Shown in pieces: positions 8,057-12,099 of a stretch of 12,099 bases of DNA. The notes under the pieces were generated by a model that worked only from the letters and a program-made list of their open reading frames with translations, did no database searches and was not told the origin of the DNA. The translations under genes were made by a program, and so were the position numbers. Numbering within the stretch: position 1 is the stretch's first letter; each line of letters begins with the position of its first letter. The stretch covers positions 1 through 12,099 of the forward strand of contig JBMFOP010000090.1 in the NCBI GenBank assembly GCA_049969675.1, given 5' to 3'. Origin of the DNA: Myxococcota bacterium. Lineage in GTDB: Bacteria > Myxococcota > SpSt-1050.

Positions 8057-8661
8057 CAGGGTCTATATTCTTTTATACTCAGATTGTCATAATAGGCATC
8101 TGTCATCCAGTTGGAGAAGGCAAATCTATTATGTTTGCTTCCAGAGAGTGGTTCATTATCCGTCCTCTCCATATATGGTTTACCGTTTAGATACCACTCT
8201 ATCTTCCCTTTATACCGAACGATCTTGAAGTGATGTCTCCCCTTTGGGTCACAATAAGTGGGTCTCTTCTCCACACGACTCTTCTCATGCTCATCCAGTC
8301 TGGCAATCGTAGATATCTGGTTCTTCCAGCCACCAAGAATTATAATATACCCGCTTGCGTGTATCCTCCCATCTCCAAAGATTTCACACTTCAGGTCACA
8401 AAAATCCGTCTTCTCTGCCCATGCGTCAAATTCTATCACCACATTCTCGGGGAGCTTGAGCCTGAGCCATAGAGGGACATTTCTTGCACTTCTGCTGTGC
8501 AGTGCACCATCTTTAATCTCCCAGTCTGCATTCTCAAGCATATACCAGTTCTCACCAAGCCTATCTCTCTCAAAATCATCAAAGAATGGAACGGAGACAG
8601 TAACCGGCGGTGAACAGTAAAATTGGAATAAGATTGGTAAAAAGTAAAATACACTCTTCAT
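8056..8661 (-). CDS. Probable lipoprotein with ConA-like (lectin/glucanase, DUF1080-like) beta-sandwich
   Basis: 201 aa. Signal ending QFYC (atypical lipobox), then FFDDFER, WEIKDGAL, VVIEFDA, HHFKIVR, WYLNGK, FAFSNW and YYDNLSI, a pattern typical of this fold. ATGA overlap with the upstream gene. Confidence 0.7.
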   Translation of the reverse strand: MKSVFYFLPILFQFYCSPPVTVSVPFFDDFERDRLGENWYMLENADWEIKDGALHSRSARNVPLWLRLKLPENVVIEFDAWAEKTDFCDLKCEIFGDGRIHASGYIIILGGWKNQISTIARLDEHEKSRVEKRPTYCDPKGRHHFKIVRYKGKIEWYLNGKPYMERTDNEPLSGSKHNRFAFSNWMTDAYYDNLSIKEYRP

Positions 8662-9494
8662 AGTTTTATTTCTTCTTCTATATCAAAATCATCTCCCTTT
8701 TTTAATACCCTTGCAGCCGGGGTGAATATATCATGAGGGAAGAGCAAAATAGAATTATTCTCTACTGCAAAGTCCAGAAGCCCCCTCTTCTCTTCAATAG
8801 TCTTAATTGGATTTATATCATAAGCCATAATATATGGTAATCTGATATGTCTTGCGGTTGGAATGAGGTCGGCTGTAAATATAAAGTTCTCCTCTTTTGC
8901 ATCAATATAGATTGTCTGCATCATAGGTGTATGCCCGCTCACAGGTCTAATCTTTATATTCTCAGTTATACTGAATTCTCCATCCAGCAATATCACCTTC
9001 TCGTAATAAGTAAGAAATTCAAAATCTTCTCTTATGTAACTCCCCCTATCTTTAATGGAGGGATGTAGTGCATTTTCAAGTTGAGCCTTCTGAACATATA
9101 TCGTTGCATTGGGGAATACTGGAAGTATCTTATCCCCCTCTCTCTTTGTAAGTCCACCGGCGTGGTCAAAGTGAAGATGAGATACAATTACATCTGTAAT
9201 CATCTCCTCAGAGAGGGAGAGCCCTCCTAAGAGTTGTGAAAGGTCATTTATTCTAATATTATAAATCTTCTTAAACTTTTCATCATACTTTGTCCCCATC
9301 CCGGTCTCAATAATAATATTTCTCTGCTGATATGAGATAATAAATATCCTTCCAGCCATATCAATTCTATTTAATTCATCTGCTGGATATACCTTGCTCC
9401 AAAGCGGCTTTGGAACTATACCAAACATTGAACCGCCATCCAGTCCAAATACAGACTGAAGAACTGAATTTATCTCAAGATTTGAAATTTTCAC
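8658..9494 (-). CDS. Metallo-beta-lactamase-fold hydrolase, YtnP-like (putative lactonase)
   Basis: LDGGSMFGIVPKPLW N-terminal motif, SHLHFDHAGG (HxHxDH), GHT, ADL, MAYD and PHD. GTG start lies immediately after the upstream TGA. Confidence 0.88.
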   Translation of the reverse strand: MKISNLEINSVLQSVFGLDGGSMFGIVPKPLWSKVYPADELNRIDMAGRIFIISYQQRNIIIETGMGTKYDEKFKKIYNIRINDLSQLLGGLSLSEEMITDVIVSHLHFDHAGGLTKREGDKILPVFPNATIYVQKAQLENALHPSIKDRGSYIREDFEFLTYYEKVILLDGEFSITENIKIRPVSGHTPMMQTIYIDAKEENFIFTADLIPTARHIRLPYIMAYDINPIKTIEEKRGLLDFAVENNSILLFPHDIFTPAARVLKKGDDFDIEEEIKL

Positions 9495-11603
9495 TCAACC
9501 TTCCTTCTCACAATAGACTTCATAGGCTGGATAACTATTATTATCTTCTCTGCACTCATTGTACTGTTGATTCCCCTCCCCATCATCATCCACTACAAAC
9601 TCAAGATTTACCGGATAATTTACATCTACCTGATACCATTTAACATCAACATCAGTAGATTCACCGGGCATTAAACCTCTCTTCGCCTTTCCGGTGCCGA
9701 CCAATCTCCCACCATTCTTCTTTTCATAATACATTGCCACACTCAAACCTTTACCAACAGGTGCCTCACCTTCATTTCTGATAGTCACCCTCGCCCACAG
9801 ATTTGTGGGGCATTCTGTTCTGATAAAATCCACTTTTGTAATTATCAGATCCGGCGCCCTCGTACCACTGGTCCCCTGCACATTCTGTCTGAAATTATTG
9901 AGCCCCTGAGTCTCCCAGTTTTTCAAAGGATTCTTTGGAATTGCCCCGTATTTATTCTCCACGCCCTTACAGAATCCGTCCTCCTCACCTGTGCAAATAT
10001 TTGTTATGTGATAGGCGTGTTGGTTCCATATCTTACGAGTTGAGACCCAGTTGTTGAGAGAGTCTGCATATACCCTGACACCGTGATTCGGAGTTGGGCT
10101 GCAATTCTGATAACAGATTGTATTTGCGACGACAACAATCTCCGCCTTATTGTCGTTATTTACATCCACAATTAACGGATATTCAAAAGTTGTATTCGTT
10201 GTATTCTGCGTCTGAAATAATACCTGACCATCCTTCCCGCTATATACCCTCAGGTAAAGTTCGTCATTGTAAACCGCCTCTGCCTTTCCATCTCCCTCAA
10301 AATCAAAGACAGATGCACCGGTTACATTGCTGGACCTATCAGATGTGGGGCTCTGCCATAAAATCTTACACTGATTATCAAAAACTACAAAATACTCGGC
10401 ACCCGCCACACCATACTCTGGCTTTCCGTCCCCATTAAAATCGGCAATTATTGGAGCACCTCCCTTATTCATACTGGCATTCATTGAGCCCGGTATAGCA
10501 GTCGGACCACAGATTGTATTTCCATCTCTATCCAGAATAAAAGTCTTATTATAAGCCACCAGAACTATTTCTGGATTCCCGTCCAGATTCATATCTGCAA
10601 CCCCCACCAATCCATCTACAAGGTCATTTCTCTGCCAGAGAATCTCTCCATTGTATTTGTATGCAGTATTCCCCGCAATCACCTCCAACTTTCCATCTCC
10701 ATTTATGTCTGCGGCAACAGAGATTGAACCAGAGTGTGTCTTGATAAGGTCGCTTCCCATACCTCCATTCCCACCCTGTCCCTTCCACAACAACTTCCCG
10801 GTATAATCAAAGACAACATTTCCAACAATGATTTCAGATTTTCCATCCCCATCTAAATCTGCAAGGGTCGGAGAACCCCATCCAGCATTCACCACATCAG
10901 AGGAGACCCACTCTGTCAGATCAGCCTTCTTTTTAGGGAGACAGAGATATCCGTCTCCCTTCTCATCCTTAACCACATTAAAGGCAAAGAGGTGAGAGGG
11001 GACGAGTTTGAGCTTATCAGTGCCACCTTCATTCACCCAGACCCTGTTCTTCTCAAGTGCAATGATATCTATGATTCCATCTCCATCTATATCACCCGCT
11101 GCAAGTCCCGATTCGTAGGCAAGCCTCATATCCGGATCGTCAAATGAACATATCTCACTTCCATCATCTCCACTTAGCACTCTAAGGACACCGCCTTTAT
11201 CATAATCCTCCTTTTTTGAAGAGAATGAGATAAATACCACATCCGGTGTATCATTGATATCCACCTTCCCATCTCCATTGTCATCAGTAAGACTTACAAC
11301 AACAGGTAAGGCTATCACCTCATTATAATCTGGAGCTACAATATTGGAACCGGTCCACTCCCATAAAATTTTCGGGTTAAATTTACCAATAGGCGGTCTG
11401 TATATACAATGAAATATGGAGGTATCACCTTCATCTGCATCTGGATATATTTCTGTATCACCTGAAAGAGGAATGTCAACAGTGTTTGTATCACTATTTG
11501 CAATATCTCTATCTGAACTCTTCCCACCATTATCACTGCTGCACAGATAGAAGAAGGTTGCCGTTGTAAGAATCAAAACGATGCTAAATATAAATCTCTT
11601 CAT
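9495..11603 (-). CDS. FG-GAP/VCBS-repeat beta-propeller surface protein (Bap1/RbmC-like) with C-terminal CARDB domain, probable lipoprotein
   Basis: Repeated Ca-binding-type DxDGDG motifs (DDNGDG, DIDGDG, DLDGDG, DINGDG, DMNLDG, DFNGDG, DFEGDG, DVNNDN), FEYPLIVD, RKIWNQHAYHITN, NNFRQN, and CARDB-type PDLII...TIRNEG...VVDD...ECREDNN. AAGGAG at 11610-11615 supports ATG at 11603, and the track's 11633 start falls inside the promoter spacer. Confidence 0.88.
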   Translation of the reverse strand: MKRFIFSIVLILTTATFFYLCSSDNGGKSSDRDIANSDTNTVDIPLSGDTEIYPDADEGDTSIFHCIYRPPIGKFNPKILWEWTGSNIVAPDYNEVIALPVVVSLTDDNGDGKVDINDTPDVVFISFSSKKEDYDKGGVLRVLSGDDGSEICSFDDPDMRLAYESGLAAGDIDGDGIIDIIALEKNRVWVNEGGTDKLKLVPSHLFAFNVVKDEKGDGYLCLPKKKADLTEWVSSDVVNAGWGSPTLADLDGDGKSEIIVGNVVFDYTGKLLWKGQGGNGGMGSDLIKTHSGSISVAADINGDGKLEVIAGNTAYKYNGEILWQRNDLVDGLVGVADMNLDGNPEIVLVAYNKTFILDRDGNTICGPTAIPGSMNASMNKGGAPIIADFNGDGKPEYGVAGAEYFVVFDNQCKILWQSPTSDRSSNVTGASVFDFEGDGKAEAVYNDELYLRVYSGKDGQVLFQTQNTTNTTFEYPLIVDVNNDNKAEIVVVANTICYQNCSPTPNHGVRVYADSLNNWVSTRKIWNQHAYHITNICTGEEDGFCKGVENKYGAIPKNPLKNWETQGLNNFRQNVQGTSGTRAPDLIITKVDFIRTECPTNLWARVTIRNEGEAPVGKGLSVAMYYEKKNGGRLVGTGKAKRGLMPGESTDVDVKWYQVDVNYPVNLEFVVDDDGEGNQQYNECREDNNSYPAYEVYCEKEG

Positions 11604-11623
11604 AAAAATCTCCTTAGTAACTA

Positions 11624-11652
11624 AAAATATCATTTCAGATAAGAATTGTCAA
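11624..11652 (-). promoter_or_regulatory. sigma70-type promoter for the four-gene operon
   Basis: Minus strand TTGACA (11652-11647), 17-nt spacer, TATTTT (11629-11624) preceded by TGn (extended -10). Confidence 0.55.
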
Positions 11653-11667
11653 AAGAAGACTTAAACC

Positions 11668-11988
11668 TGTAACATCAGCATTTAATCATAACTTCTACGC
11701 AAAATGCACAGAAGGTCTTTCAAGGACTTTGGTTTCGGCTATACCGAATCAGATAAGACCGCGGCGAATATCTTCTATAAGATTATTGCCAGAAGTTATG
11801 AGCGTGGCTAAATGATTTTGACCTCAAATCGTTTATATAGCGAATGGGGGAGATATCCTCCGATGTGGTTTTGCCACCGGCCATACTTGATCGGTTAGTG
11901 AACCATTCCATAACCTTCAACCTGCGGGAGAAGAAAAATCAGGGTTATTGGCAGGGGATTAAAAATGATAAAATGGGATGTCGTGACA
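11668..11988 (+). mobile_element. Degenerate, internally deleted IS21-family remnant (boundaries tentative)
   Basis: Contains the istB fragment. Starts TGT (11668) and ends ACA (11988), with imperfect inverted repeats ACATCAGCATTTAATCAT (11672-11689) and ATGATAAAATGGGATGT (11965-11981). No target-site duplication seen. Confidence 0.5.
11704..11950 (+). pseudogene. istB: IS21-family helper ATPase IstB fragment
   Basis: Manual translation: RRSFKDFGFGYTESDKTAANIFYKIIARSYERG*MILTSNRLYSEWG, then a frameshift in the G run at 11846-11850 into EISSDVVLPPAILDRLVNHSITFNLREKK. This matches the IstB motifs RYERGSxIxTSN, EWGE and AILDRLxHH. In-frame TAA at 11809-11811. Confidence 0.88.
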
Positions 11989-12099
11989 TTTTGTCGGCGA
12001 TAAAACCGCTGTCTTTTAGAGTTTATGGTTGACTTTTTTAAAAATTAAAAAAAGGTAGGTAATATGGATGTTCACCTATAAAACGAAAGGATTGGGGTG

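Noticed and set aside
446..11536. Other short alternative-frame or antisense ORFs in the track (e.g. 446-754, 2137-2511, 7827-8228, 8258-8620, 10094-10438)
   Set aside because: They overlap well-supported genes and show no family motifs or clear translation signals.
11604..11633. Upstream ATG for the FG-GAP protein as given in the ORF track
   Set aside because: It lies inside the promoter spacer and upstream of the RBS. ATG at 11603 gives a normal signal peptide.
11844..12032. 62-aa ORF as a standalone gene
   Set aside because: It is the post-frameshift part of the istB pseudogene running on into non-coding sequence.
12029..12090. TTGACT plus T/A-tract inverted repeat and TAGGT...ACCTA hairpin at the right edge
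   Set aside because: No correctly spaced -10, low-complexity arms, and the downstream context is outside the window.
1..12099. CRISPR array, tRNA/rRNA, DGR template/variable repeats, prophage or a known defence system
   Set aside because: No regularly spaced DNA repeats, cloverleaf, reverse transcriptase or phage genes were seen by eye. FtsK has the 4TM and gamma domains of the housekeeping protein, and Mut7-C has no evident antitoxin partner.

Overview
AT-rich (roughly 38-40% GC by eye) bacterial chromosomal window, almost entirely on the minus strand. Left to right: (1) the 5' end of a secreted protein gene running off the left edge; (2) an 887-aa surface lipoprotein (two Cys-rich motifs, four ASH/choice-of-anchor-D Ig-like repeats, a PKD-like domain and a divergent C-terminal domain) with a consensus sigma70 promoter; (3) ftsK; (4) a probable outer-membrane beta-barrel; (5) a divergently transcribed small Cys4 lipoprotein with a palindrome in its promoter region; (6) an internally deleted GGDEF gene; (7) a tightly coupled four-gene operon encoding a Bap1/RbmC-like FG-GAP beta-propeller with CARDB domain, a YtnP-like metallo-beta-lactamase-fold hydrolase, a ConA-like-fold lipoprotein and a Mut7-C RNase; (8) a short, decayed IS21-family istB remnant. 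The protein types suggest a Myxococcota/deltaproteobacterial-like host (inference). No rRNA, tRNA or CRISPR array was seen. The best candidate for an undescribed system is the four-gene operon. All family assignments come from recalled motifs, not from searches.
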